Assembly (NCBI GenBank): GCA_963707505.1 | Contig: CAVPQB010000004.1 | Coordinates: 800,001-864,000 of the forward strand | Length of the DNA stretch: 64,000 nt | Source of the DNA: an uncultured Gemmatimonadales bacterium | Lineage (GTDB): Bacteria; Gemmatimonadota; Gemmatimonadetes; Gemmatimonadales; Gemmatimonadaceae | Reading direction: 5' to 3' | In this document: in pieces, positions 31,588 through 39,622 of the stretch | How the letters are laid out: each line of letters opens with the position of its first letter | Position numbering within the stretch: position 1 is the first letter of the stretch | Position numbers and translations under genes: made by a program | The notes under the pieces: model-generated | The model's database searches: none | The model's input: the letters and a program-made list of their open reading frames with translations, nothing else | Told to the model about the DNA's origin: nothing

Positions 31588-32391
31588 ATGAACACCGGCT
31601 CCTATCCTGTCCAGGAAGCGCCGACGGAGATGACCGAAGACGAGCCGCGTCGTGACGACCCCGCTCTCACCGGTGCCTCCGGCCGCCCCAGTGCGCCGGA
31701 TCGAGCGCGGGCTAGCGACGCGTACGCTCAGCGAGTCATCGCCGCGCAGCGATCCGAAGCGCTCAATCGCCTGCTCAACGTCTTCATTGCTGTACTTGCG
31801 CTGATAGTGCTCGGGCCGGTCATGCTGCTCATCGCGCTCGCGGTGAAGCTCACATCGCGCGGACCTGTCTTCTACGTTCAGGACCGTGTCGGCGTGGATC
31901 GTCGTCGTCGATCCGTTTCACCGGGCGAGGACAGGCGCACATCGAACGTCGGTGGCCGCCCGTTTCGCATCCTCAAATTCCGGTCGATGCGGCAGGACGC
32001 CGAGGCGGGAACTGGCGCAGTGTGGGCAGCCCAGCACGATCCGCGCGTGACGCCGGTCGGAAATTTTCTCCGCAAGACGCGTCTGGACGAGCTTCCTCAG
32101 CTCATCAACGTCGTGCTGGGAGACATGAACATCGTCGGACCGCGGCCCGAGCGGCCCAGCATATTCGCGGAGCTGCGTGAGAACATCGACGGGTATCAAT
32201 TGCGTCAGCAGGCGCGGCCGGGCATTACGGGGTGGGCGCAGATAAATCAATCATACGACACGTCGATCGACGACGTGCGCGTGAAGATTCAGCTCGACCT
32301 CGAGTATCTCGCGCGGCAATCACTGGCGGAGGATCTCAAGATCATGATGCGGACACTCCCGGTCATGATCTTCAAGCGCGGCTCACGGTAA
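31588..32391 (+). CDS. Priming (polyprenyl-phosphate) sugar-1-phosphate transferase, Bac_transf family
   Basis: KFRSM, DPRVTPVGNFLRKTRLDELPQL, VGPRPE and PGITGWAQI motifs. Confidence 0.93.
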   Translation: MNTGSYPVQEAPTEMTEDEPRRDDPALTGASGRPSAPDRARASDAYAQRVIAAQRSEALNRLLNVFIAVLALIVLGPVMLLIALAVKLTSRGPVFYVQDRVGVDRRRRSVSPGEDRRTSNVGGRPFRILKFRSMRQDAEAGTGAVWAAQHDPRVTPVGNFLRKTRLDELPQLINVVLGDMNIVGPRPERPSIFAELRENIDGYQLRQQARPGITGWAQINQSYDTSIDDVRVKIQLDLEYLARQSLAEDLKIMMRTLPVMIFKRGSR

Positions 32392-32428
32392 CTGCGCCGC
32401 CGATAACCGTTTCATTGTGGTATCGCGT

Positions 32429-32479
32429 TCGTAACGAGAAAGAAGTACCGCACCGTGCGGTACTTCTTTCTCGTTACGA
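32429..32479. terminator. 51-bp near-perfect palindrome between convergent genes
   Basis: 25-bp perfect arms TCGTAACGAGAAAGAAGTACCGCAC around a single central C. Confidence 0.7.
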
Positions 32480-32494
32480 TGTGTTGACGGAGTG

Positions 32495-32860
32495 CTACGG
32501 CTGTGGCCGACTCATGCGGGCCTTGTCCATGTCCGCCACGTTCTTGTCGAAAACAGTCTGCTGGTCGGGCGTGAGGATTGCCCGGAGCTGAGTGCGCTGA
32601 TTGGTGCGCATCTCGGTCATCTTGGCGCGCATGTCGCCGCCCGTCTCGGCCTTCGCGGCCGTCGCCAGACGATCGTTGATTGCCTTGACCGAGTCGGTCT
32701 CAGCTGCGGTAAGGGTGATGCCCGTTAGAAGGCGGGTGGTCGAGCGCTCTACCATCTGCGAAGGATCCATCCGTCCACCCATGTTCCCCTGCGCCATCAC
32801 CGGGGCACTCGCCGCGGCAAGGAGCACCAGGGAGCACGCCGCAATGTTGATTCGCCGCAT
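32495..32860 (-). CDS. Small exported Spy/CpxP (LTxxQ)-like protein
   Basis: Signal peptide, ITLTAAE and ILTPDQQTVFD motifs, Met-rich. Confidence 0.7.
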   Translation of the reverse strand: MRRINIAACSLVLLAAASAPVMAQGNMGGRMDPSQMVERSTTRLLTGITLTAAETDSVKAINDRLATAAKAETGGDMRAKMTEMRTNQRTQLRAILTPDQQTVFDKNVADMDKARMSRPQP

Positions 32861-33061
32861 GTCGATTCCTCTTTAAGGTGTGGTGTTGTGTACGTCGCTG
32901 ACATTCGGCAGCGAAAGTCGTACCCTGCGACCCATAGATGTACGGTCAGCCTTGCAGGACGTTGTAACGTGAAATGCGCGAGATCAGGCCGACCCGCCTT
33001 CCACCACCACCGCGACGGCAGTACAGTTCGGGATGGCCCCTTCCTGCGTCCCACGGGCGGC

Positions 33062-33586
33062 ATGACCATTCGTCAGGCGGCAGTTGCGATCGTGCTTTCG
33101 GCGGGAGCGACGGGCGACGATTTGCTGCTTATCAGGCGCGCAACCGTGGATGGCGATCCCTGGAGCGGTCACCTGGCGCTGCCCGGCGGTGGCCGCGAGC
33201 CGGGCGATGCGACGCTCGAGGACACCGCAAGGCGCGAGACGCTGGAGGAGACTGGTATCGACCTGTCTCAAACTGCGAGCGCCGCACCGCTCACCCCCGT
33301 GACGCCGAGCTTCATGGCGGCGCCGGCCATAACGATCGCGCCTTTCGTGTTTCGATACGGCGGCGACAGACGCGTCACCATGTCACGCGAGATAGTGGAA
33401 TCGTGGTGGATTCCGCTCGAACAACTTCAGCGTGAAGACGCGTGGGTGACGACCCCGGTCACGATACGCGACGGCTCCGCGATTCACGTACGCGGTCTTC
33501 TCTGGCACGGGCACGTGCTGTGGGGTTTGACGGAGAGGATTCTTGACGAATTTCTCGGAAGGGTGAAACAGGGGCCGCGGTTGTAA
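33062..33586 (+). CDS. NUDIX CoA pyrophosphatase (NudL/YeaB-like)
   Basis: WSGHLALPGG, TARRETLEETG Nudix box and LWGLT motifs. Confidence 0.9.
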   Translation: MTIRQAAVAIVLSAGATGDDLLLIRRATVDGDPWSGHLALPGGGREPGDATLEDTARRETLEETGIDLSQTASAAPLTPVTPSFMAAPAITIAPFVFRYGGDRRVTMSREIVESWWIPLEQLQREDAWVTTPVTIRDGSAIHVRGLLWHGHVLWGLTERILDEFLGRVKQGPRL

Positions 33587-33596
33587 GAGTCGCGCG

Positions 33597-34190
33597 TCAA
33601 TGCGATAGTGCGCCGATGCCGTTGGCACCATACTCCACAACGACGTCGTCCAACACCGGCCGTGGCCGATCTCCAGGACGTTCGGTTGCCGTACCGATGT
33701 GCACGAAACCAGCAATGCGCTCGTCATCCCTGACGCCAAGCTCGCGCATGATCCGCCGATCGTACGCGTACCACTCGGTGTGCCAGTTCGCTCCGTATCC
33801 CATTGCGTTGGCCGCGATGACGAGGCTCATCGCTGCTGCGCCGGCCGAAAGAACCTGCTCCCACTCGGGCGCCTTGGGGTGCTCGCGTGTGCTTGAAATG
33901 ACTGCAATGACCAGCGGCGCACGCACCAGGCGGCCGCGCTCGATCGCCAGGGCCTCGGGCGTCGCGTCCGGATGATCGGCGCGGAACGTGTCCGCGATCA
34001 GGTCGCCCATCCGCGCTCCGCCCTCCGGTCCGATCACCACGAAACGCCAGGGTACGACTCGCCCATGATCGGGCACCCGTCCGGCGATGGTGATCAACGT
34101 ACGGATTTCCGCGGGAGTCGGAGCCGGTGTGGCGAGCAGACGCGGTGGAACGGATCTGCGGGTGAGCAGCAGGTCTATGGTCGAATTCAT
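33597..34190 (-). CDS. Nitroreductase (YdjA-like)
   Basis: LTRRS, RVPDHG..PWRF, RAPLVI, EQVLSAGA and GFVHIG motifs. Confidence 0.9.
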   Translation of the reverse strand: MNSTIDLLLTRRSVPPRLLATPAPTPAEIRTLITIAGRVPDHGRVVPWRFVVIGPEGGARMGDLIADTFRADHPDATPEALAIERGRLVRAPLVIAVISSTREHPKAPEWEQVLSAGAAAMSLVIAANAMGYGANWHTEWYAYDRRIMRELGVRDDERIAGFVHIGTATERPGDRPRPVLDDVVVEYGANGIGALSH

Positions 34191-34332
34191 TTATTGGCTC
34201 GAGGTTTCCCAAAGTTAGTTGAGGAAACCATTTCGTCGCGCGGACCATCCTACTCGCTGGGAGCCGGTCACAACGCGTCCTGCCTCTTGCCTGCGCATCC
34301 AGGCCGAAGGTTTACCCATAGCCAGTATCACA

Positions 34333-35148
34333 ATGTCCTCCGCACACACTCGTACGACCGCTCGCCGGGTCACCCGATTCTCAGGCGCGCTCGCAGTCAT
34401 GCTGACGACGCTCACGGTCTCGAGCGCGCGGGCACAGGAAAGTGGCTATTCCGTGCCTCTCCACGCCGTCGTGTCCACGTCAGGCGCGACGCGTATCCGC
34501 GTCGAGAACGGATCGGGCCATCTTGTGATCAATGGCACGGAGGGTACTTCGCAGGTATCCGCAACGGCTACGGTGCGCGGCTCGTCGCAGCGCGCCGTGG
34601 ATGCCGTGAAGCTCATCGCACGTCGCGAAGGCGACGCCATTGTCGTGAGGGCGGATCGGCCGGACAACGACTGGTTCGGAGACGACAACGTCAGCATCAA
34701 CCTCACGGTCGAAGTGCCCTCCAGCCTAAGCCTCGACGTCAACAACGGCAGCGGGGGCGCCCAGATCGACAATGTAGGCCCGATCACCGTCCACGCGGGG
34801 TCCGGCGGTGTGCAGGTCACGAACGTCAAAGGTGCGGCGGACGTGAAGAGCGGCTCGGGCGCCGCACGGTTGCGCAACGTTCACGGGGACGTGACGGTTT
34901 CCACTGGTTCAGGCGGCATCACCATCGCGGGTGTGACCGGCTCGGTGGAGGTACGCGACGCCGGCTCCGGCGGGGTCAATGTGAGCGACGTCACCGGCTC
35001 TCTCCACATGGGCTCGATCGGCTCCGGCAGCGTCGATGCCGACAGGATCGGTGGCGACCTCACAGTCGACCGCAAGGGGAGCGGCTCGGTCTCATACACC
35101 AACGTCAAGGGTCACGTGAGCGTGCCCAGGCGCGGGCGCGACTGGTGA
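34333..35148 (+). CDS. Exported DUF4097/adhesin-like beta-solenoid repeat protein
   Basis: Signal peptide; repeated (T/S)GSG-x-V..V.G units. Confidence 0.85.
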   Translation: MSSAHTRTTARRVTRFSGALAVMLTTLTVSSARAQESGYSVPLHAVVSTSGATRIRVENGSGHLVINGTEGTSQVSATATVRGSSQRAVDAVKLIARREGDAIVVRADRPDNDWFGDDNVSINLTVEVPSSLSLDVNNGSGGAQIDNVGPITVHAGSGGVQVTNVKGAADVKSGSGAARLRNVHGDVTVSTGSGGITIAGVTGSVEVRDAGSGGVNVSDVTGSLHMGSIGSGSVDADRIGGDLTVDRKGSGSVSYTNVKGHVSVPRRGRDW

Positions 35149-35160
35149 GCGCAAGGAGTC

Positions 35161-35230
35161 GATAGATGAGTTGAAAGATGAGTTGAAAGATGTGTTGCGA
35201 GATGTATTGAGAGATGTGTTGATAGATTGA
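35161..35230 (+). repeat. 12-bp tandem repeat, about 5.8 copies (consensus GANAGATGWGTT)
   Basis: gatagatgagtt|gaaagatgagtt|gaaagatgtgtt|gcgagatgtatt|gagagatgtgtt|gatagattga. Confidence 0.9.
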
Positions 35231-35234
35231 TCGG

Positions 35235-36684
35235 ATGACGGATCCGATCCTCGAAACACTGGAGAGCGACACTCAGGCGGAATCTGGCGCCGAGGTTGTC
35301 GCTCTCGTTGCAGAATACTTCGACTCCACGCGAGATGGCACCGGCGCCGTCTCGACCGATCTCACGCCGGAAGAGATATCGGTGCGGTTCGATGAGCCGC
35401 TACCGCGCGGCGGACAGTCGCTCGGACACGTCGCGCAGCGTTTGCGCACAGACGTGATGGCGGACGCCAATCGGCTATACCATCCGATGTACATGGGCCA
35501 TCAGGTCGCGCCGCCCCTGCCCGCGGCCGTGTGGACGGAGCCGCTCATAAGCGTGATGAACCAGTCAGTCGCCGTCTGGGAGATGTCTCCGACCGCGACG
35601 GTCATCGAGCATCGCGTGATTCGCTGGATGACGGATCTCGTCGGTTGGGACGAGGCCAGTGGTGGGACTCTTACCTCGGGCGGTACCGAGGCAACCTTCA
35701 CGGCTCTGCTGGCGGCACGCAATGCGATCATTCCCGACGCCTGGACGGACGGAGTCGGTGCGAATCCTCCCATCGTACTCTGTGGCGAGCATGCGCACTA
35801 CGCAGTCTCCCGCGCGCTCGGCGAGCTTGGACTGGGTGTGCGCAGTCTCATCACCATTCCGTCGCGTGATTTCAGGATGGATCCCGACGCGCTCGAACGC
35901 GCACTCGTTGACGCGCGCGCCTCCGGAAAGGCAGTGATGGCCGTTGTCGCGACCGTGGGATCGACCGCGACGGGATCGTTCGACGATCTCGGTCGCTATC
36001 GGCGAGATTTGTGACGCGCACGGAGTGTGGCTGCACGTGGATGGCGCACACGGCGCGTCAGCACTGCTCTCGGAGTCCCGCGCGGCGGCACTTCGCGGGT
36101 TGGCTCGCGCCCGCTCGCTTGCGTGGGACCCGCACAAGGGAATGCTGTTGCCGATCGCGACCGGCATGTTGTTGATGCGCGATGATCGGGATCTGCAGCG
36201 AGCCTTCGCGCAGCGTGCGCCGTATCTGTTTCACGAGCGCGCCGGCGCGCGTGCGTGGGACCTCGGGAAGGAGAGCTTTCAGTGCTCTCGTCGTGCAGAT
36301 GTGTTGAAGCTTTGGGTTGTGTTGCAACGCTACGGCGCCGACGGAATCGGCCGTGTTTATGACCATCTATGCAACGTGACGTGCGACCTGTACGATGCGA
36401 TCATGGCGCGCAATGACTTCGAAGCACTGCATGCGCCGGAATCGAACATCCTGTGCTTTCGCTACCTCGGCCCGGGGAACCTGAGCGCCGACTCGATAGA
36501 TACGTTGAATCGTAATTTGCGCGCGGCCTACAACCGCTCTGGAAAGGGATGGATCACTCTTACGGTCCTGGAAGGACGGCCCGTGCTGCGCGTGACGTTG
36601 ATGAATCACCGCACGCGCACGCATCACACAAGAGCTCTGCTCGACGGACTTGCGACAGAAGCCGCAACGCTGATCTCAGAGTAG
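35235..36684 (+). CDS. Group II PLP-dependent amino-acid decarboxylase (DABA/GAD/AADC family); frameshift at ~35991
   Basis: HPMYMGHQ, TSGGTEA, AHYAV, GSTATGSFD, WLHVDGAHG, WDPHK (PLP Lys) and QCSRRAD motifs. Confidence 0.9.
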
Positions 36685-37467
36685 CGAGCGAATCCACCCT
36701 CCGTCGACGGGTATCGACGCTCCGGTGGTGTAACTCGCGCGCTCCGACGCCAGGAATGCGACCATCGCCGCGAATTCCCTCGGCGTGCCAAGTCGGCGCA
36801 TGGGAATCTGCGCTTCCATTCCGGCGATCTCCGCTTCGGCAGTCGTGCCGCGTCGCGTCGCGTTGCTCTCGGCGAGGTGCGCGATTCGATCGGTGAGTGT
36901 ATACCCGGGCATCACATTGTTCACCGTCACACCGTAGGTTGCGACTTCGTTCGCCAGAGTGCGCGCGAAACCTGTAACCGCCGCTCGCACACTGTTCGAG
37001 AGAATGAGGCTATCCACAGGCTGCTTGACGGCAATCGATGTGATGTTGATGATGCGCCCCCAGAGACGCTGCTTCATTCCCGGAAGCACGGAGCGCGTCA
37101 TGTTGACCGCGCTCTCGAATGTAAGTCGCCATGCATCGGTCCATGCTGACGGGGGATGCGCCTCGAACGGGCCCGCCGGCGGACCGCCTGCGTTGTTGAC
37201 GAGAATGTCCACCCGACCGAATTCCTCGCGCGCACACGTCCAGACGCGCTCGACTGCCGCGGGATCGGAAATGTCTGCCACGACTGAAATGACTCTCACG
37301 CCAGTCGAGGTGGTAATTGCGCGTACGGTTTCATCCAGCGAGGACTCGCTGCGTGCACACAGCACGAGGTTCGCGCCTTCAGCCGCGAGCTCTTCTGCAA
37401 CCGCGCGGCCCAGTCCACGACTGGAAGCCGTGACGAGCGCGACCTTGTCTCTGATCCCGAGATCCAT
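36676..37467 (-). CDS. SDR oxidoreductase (3-oxoacyl-ACP reductase-like)
   Basis: TASSRGLG, NNAGGPP and VDGG motifs. Confidence 0.9.
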   Translation of the reverse strand: MDLGIRDKVALVTASSRGLGRAVAEELAAEGANLVLCARSESSLDETVRAITTSTGVRVISVVADISDPAAVERVWTCAREEFGRVDILVNNAGGPPAGPFEAHPPSAWTDAWRLTFESAVNMTRSVLPGMKQRLWGRIINITSIAVKQPVDSLILSNSVRAAVTGFARTLANEVATYGVTVNNVMPGYTLTDRIAHLAESNATRRGTTAEAEIAGMEAQIPMRRLGTPREFAAMVAFLASERASYTTGASIPVDGGWIRSLL

Positions 37468-37469
37468 CG

Positions 37470-37841
37470 CTATTTGTTGTGGAAGTAGCTGTCGGTCCCG
37501 TTCAGCCAGTCTTCGCGCGGGGGACTGAAGATGTCGACGTCGAGCGTGTCCTCCAGCGCTTCCGCACGATGCGGCACGTTGGATGGGATGTGCAGAACCT
37601 CGCCCGCCTTGACGATCACTTCTTCCTTTCCGTCGGCGCCGATCCAGAAGTGCAGAGCGCCTTCGACGATATAGGTAAGCTGCTCGTTGTGGTGCGAGTG
37701 CTGTGGCACAATCGCGCCCTTGTCGAGATATACGTGGGCGAGCATCATGTCGTCACCCGTGATCAGCCTGCGGGAGATGGTGTCCGTTACGACCTCCTTT
37801 GGCATGTTGTCCCAGCGGAAATGCCGCACCTTGGTGTTCAT
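37470..37841 (-). CDS. Cupin domain protein
   Basis: PQHSHHNEQ...IPSNVPH...DIFSPPRED motifs. Confidence 0.9.
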   Translation of the reverse strand: MNTKVRHFRWDNMPKEVVTDTISRRLITGDDMMLAHVYLDKGAIVPQHSHHNEQLTYIVEGALHFWIGADGKEEVIVKAGEVLHIPSNVPHRAEALEDTLDVDIFSPPREDWLNGTDSYFHNK

Positions 37842-38023
37842 CGTGGCTTCGGTTGAGGGGTACAGGTAGGGTAGTCCCGACGTAAAAAACATACGTCGGC
37901 TCGGGGCGCAGTCCTTTGCCAGCGGCTACGTTCTGGGAACATACGTCCGGGCAAGCGATTTGCGAATACCGGTGCCTGTAGCAGAGATTCGCCGGACATC
38001 GCCCCCGACTCATCGCCCCTCCG

Positions 38024-38332
38024 ATGCTCTTTCACGATACGCAGGTCGCACCGCTAATCGAGATATTCGAGCTCTACATGTTGCGGGACGCAACCCTGGC
38101 TGACCTTCGCGAGCCGACCGTAGTCGCGACCCGTGCGATGCTGGACTCCGGTCTGGCGCCAGAGTTGATTCTCTCCGTGCTGGATGGGGCGGTGCAGGTC
38201 GCTGCTGATGAGACCGTCAGCGCCCATACCGCCGATCACGCACGTGCGCTGCGGGAGAATATCGTGCCGTGGCTGATGGGTGAGTGCTTCGACCCGATCG
38301 TGGCGAACGGACCGGTGTTGCCGCTGGCCTGA
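38024..38332 (+). CDS. Hypothetical helical protein (paralog of 39251..39547)
   Basis: Shares A.R.M...GL..E.IL.VL.GAV..AAD......TA..A..LR....PWL with the gene 1.2 kb downstream. Confidence 0.7.
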   Translation: MLFHDTQVAPLIEIFELYMLRDATLADLREPTVVATRAMLDSGLAPELILSVLDGAVQVAADETVSAHTADHARALRENIVPWLMGECFDPIVANGPVLPLA

Positions 38333-38381
38333 GCTGAAGGCGGGACTGGCGCGTGCCTGCGGCGTTCCACATTTTCAGTGC

Positions 38382-38846
38382 GTGATTACTCGCAAGGCAA
38401 ACCCGGCAGACGCTGCTTCGATCAGCGCGTTGATCGACCTCTACGTTCCCAGTGGCACGCTCTTGCCACGATCGGAACAATTCGTCGCGATGTACGCGCA
38501 CGAGTTCGTCGTCGTGGAGAGGGACGGTGAAGTCGTCGGCTGCGTGCACCTGGACGAATATTCGCCCAGTCTGGCGGAGCTTCGCTCGCTTGCCGTTGCG
38601 CCGGGCGCGCAGGGCGTCGGAATCGGAAAGGCACTCGTCGCGGCCACCGAGCGGTTCGCGCGCGCGCGCGACTACGCAACGCTGTTCGCCGTAAGCAACG
38701 ATACCGAGTTCTTTGCGCGATTCGGATTCACGCGCCGCAATATCCCGGAGCTCGATCTCGAACGAAGCGAGGTCAGCAAGTACAAGGGAGTCTTCGCGAA
38801 AGATCTGACTGCCGCGAATATCGATTCGTCCGGCGTGTCGGCGTAG
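38382..38846 (+). CDS. Short ArgA-type GNAT (N-acetylglutamate synthase-like)
   Basis: GTLLPRS, LAELRSLAV..QGVGIGKALV and FFARFGF motifs. Confidence 0.75.
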   Translation: MITRKANPADAASISALIDLYVPSGTLLPRSEQFVAMYAHEFVVVERDGEVVGCVHLDEYSPSLAELRSLAVAPGAQGVGIGKALVAATERFARARDYATLFAVSNDTEFFARFGFTRRNIPELDLERSEVSKYKGVFAKDLTAANIDSSGVSA

Positions 38847-38940
38847 CGACTGCGGTTACCGCTGGTGCAACCCCGTCCGATGCGCACGTGTCGTATATTC
38901 AGCCAGTGGCTCCCACTGGCCGACACCCGGTAATTACGAA

Positions 38941-39237
38941 ATGGATCCAGGAACAGCGCTGGTCGCAATAATCGGAACACTCGGGGCCTTCGGTGCGCCG
39001 GTCGCGCTGATGTACATGTGGCTGCATCGCCCGGCGGCAAAAAAGGAGTTTGGCCAGCGCCCGGCTGACGCGGCACTGGAGGCGCGGCTCGAGCGCATCG
39101 AGGTTGCGGTACAGGCAATCGCACTCGAAACGGAGCGAATCGCCGAGGGCCAGCGATTCACGACCAAATTGTTGACCGCGGCGCCGGATCGTACTCCAGC
39201 GAACGTTGCCATGAACGCCGATCGCTTTGGCGCGTAG
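38941..39237 (+). CDS. Membrane-anchored small coiled-coil protein
   Basis: N-terminal TM; ARLERIEVAVQAIALETERIAEGQRFTTKLL motif. Confidence 0.75.
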   Translation: MDPGTALVAIIGTLGAFGAPVALMYMWLHRPAAKKEFGQRPADAALEARLERIEVAVQAIALETERIAEGQRFTTKLLTAAPDRTPANVAMNADRFGA

Positions 39238-39250
39238 GGCAAGGCGATAG

Positions 39251-39547
39251 GTGGCAAACCGCCCAGAACTCGTATGCGTTCGCGACGTGGCAGTTCGGTA
39301 CTTCCACCGGCGCGCGCCGGCGGAAGAGGTGGAGGAGACGGTTCTGTCGGCCGGGCGGTCAATGAAGGCCGATGGGCTGACGATGGAGGACATTCTCGTA
39401 GTCCTCAAAGGCGCGGTGCGGCTCGCCGCCGACCACGTGAACCAGCCCGCTACAGCGGAACGTGCGGTATGGCTCCGGTCCCAGCTCACGCCGTGGCTCG
39501 TCTCGCTCTACATCGCCGATATTGCGGAGTCGGACGAGGACCTCTAG
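39251..39547 (+). CDS. Hypothetical helical protein (paralog of 38024..38332)
   Basis: Ungapped similarity to 38024..38332. Confidence 0.7.
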   Translation: MANRPELVCVRDVAVRYFHRRAPAEEVEETVLSAGRSMKADGLTMEDILVVLKGAVRLAADHVNQPATAERAVWLRSQLTPWLVSLYIADIAESDEDL

Positions 39548-39622
39548 GCACAGGAAGCAGGACCGTATCCCGCTCGTCCCAGCGGAGTTGTAGATTCGCG
39601 CGTCCGCACCAACTTTCTTCAC

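Noticed and set aside
35161..35230. CRISPR array or selenoprotein/recoded-TGA leader
   Set aside because: The units are contiguous 12-mers with no spacers and there are no cas genes. The TGA-containing frame also has a TAG before the decarboxylase, and TGA is an ordinary stop elsewhere in the window. The alternative open frame (DELK/DVLR repeats) has only weak TTG/GTG starts and no well-placed SD.
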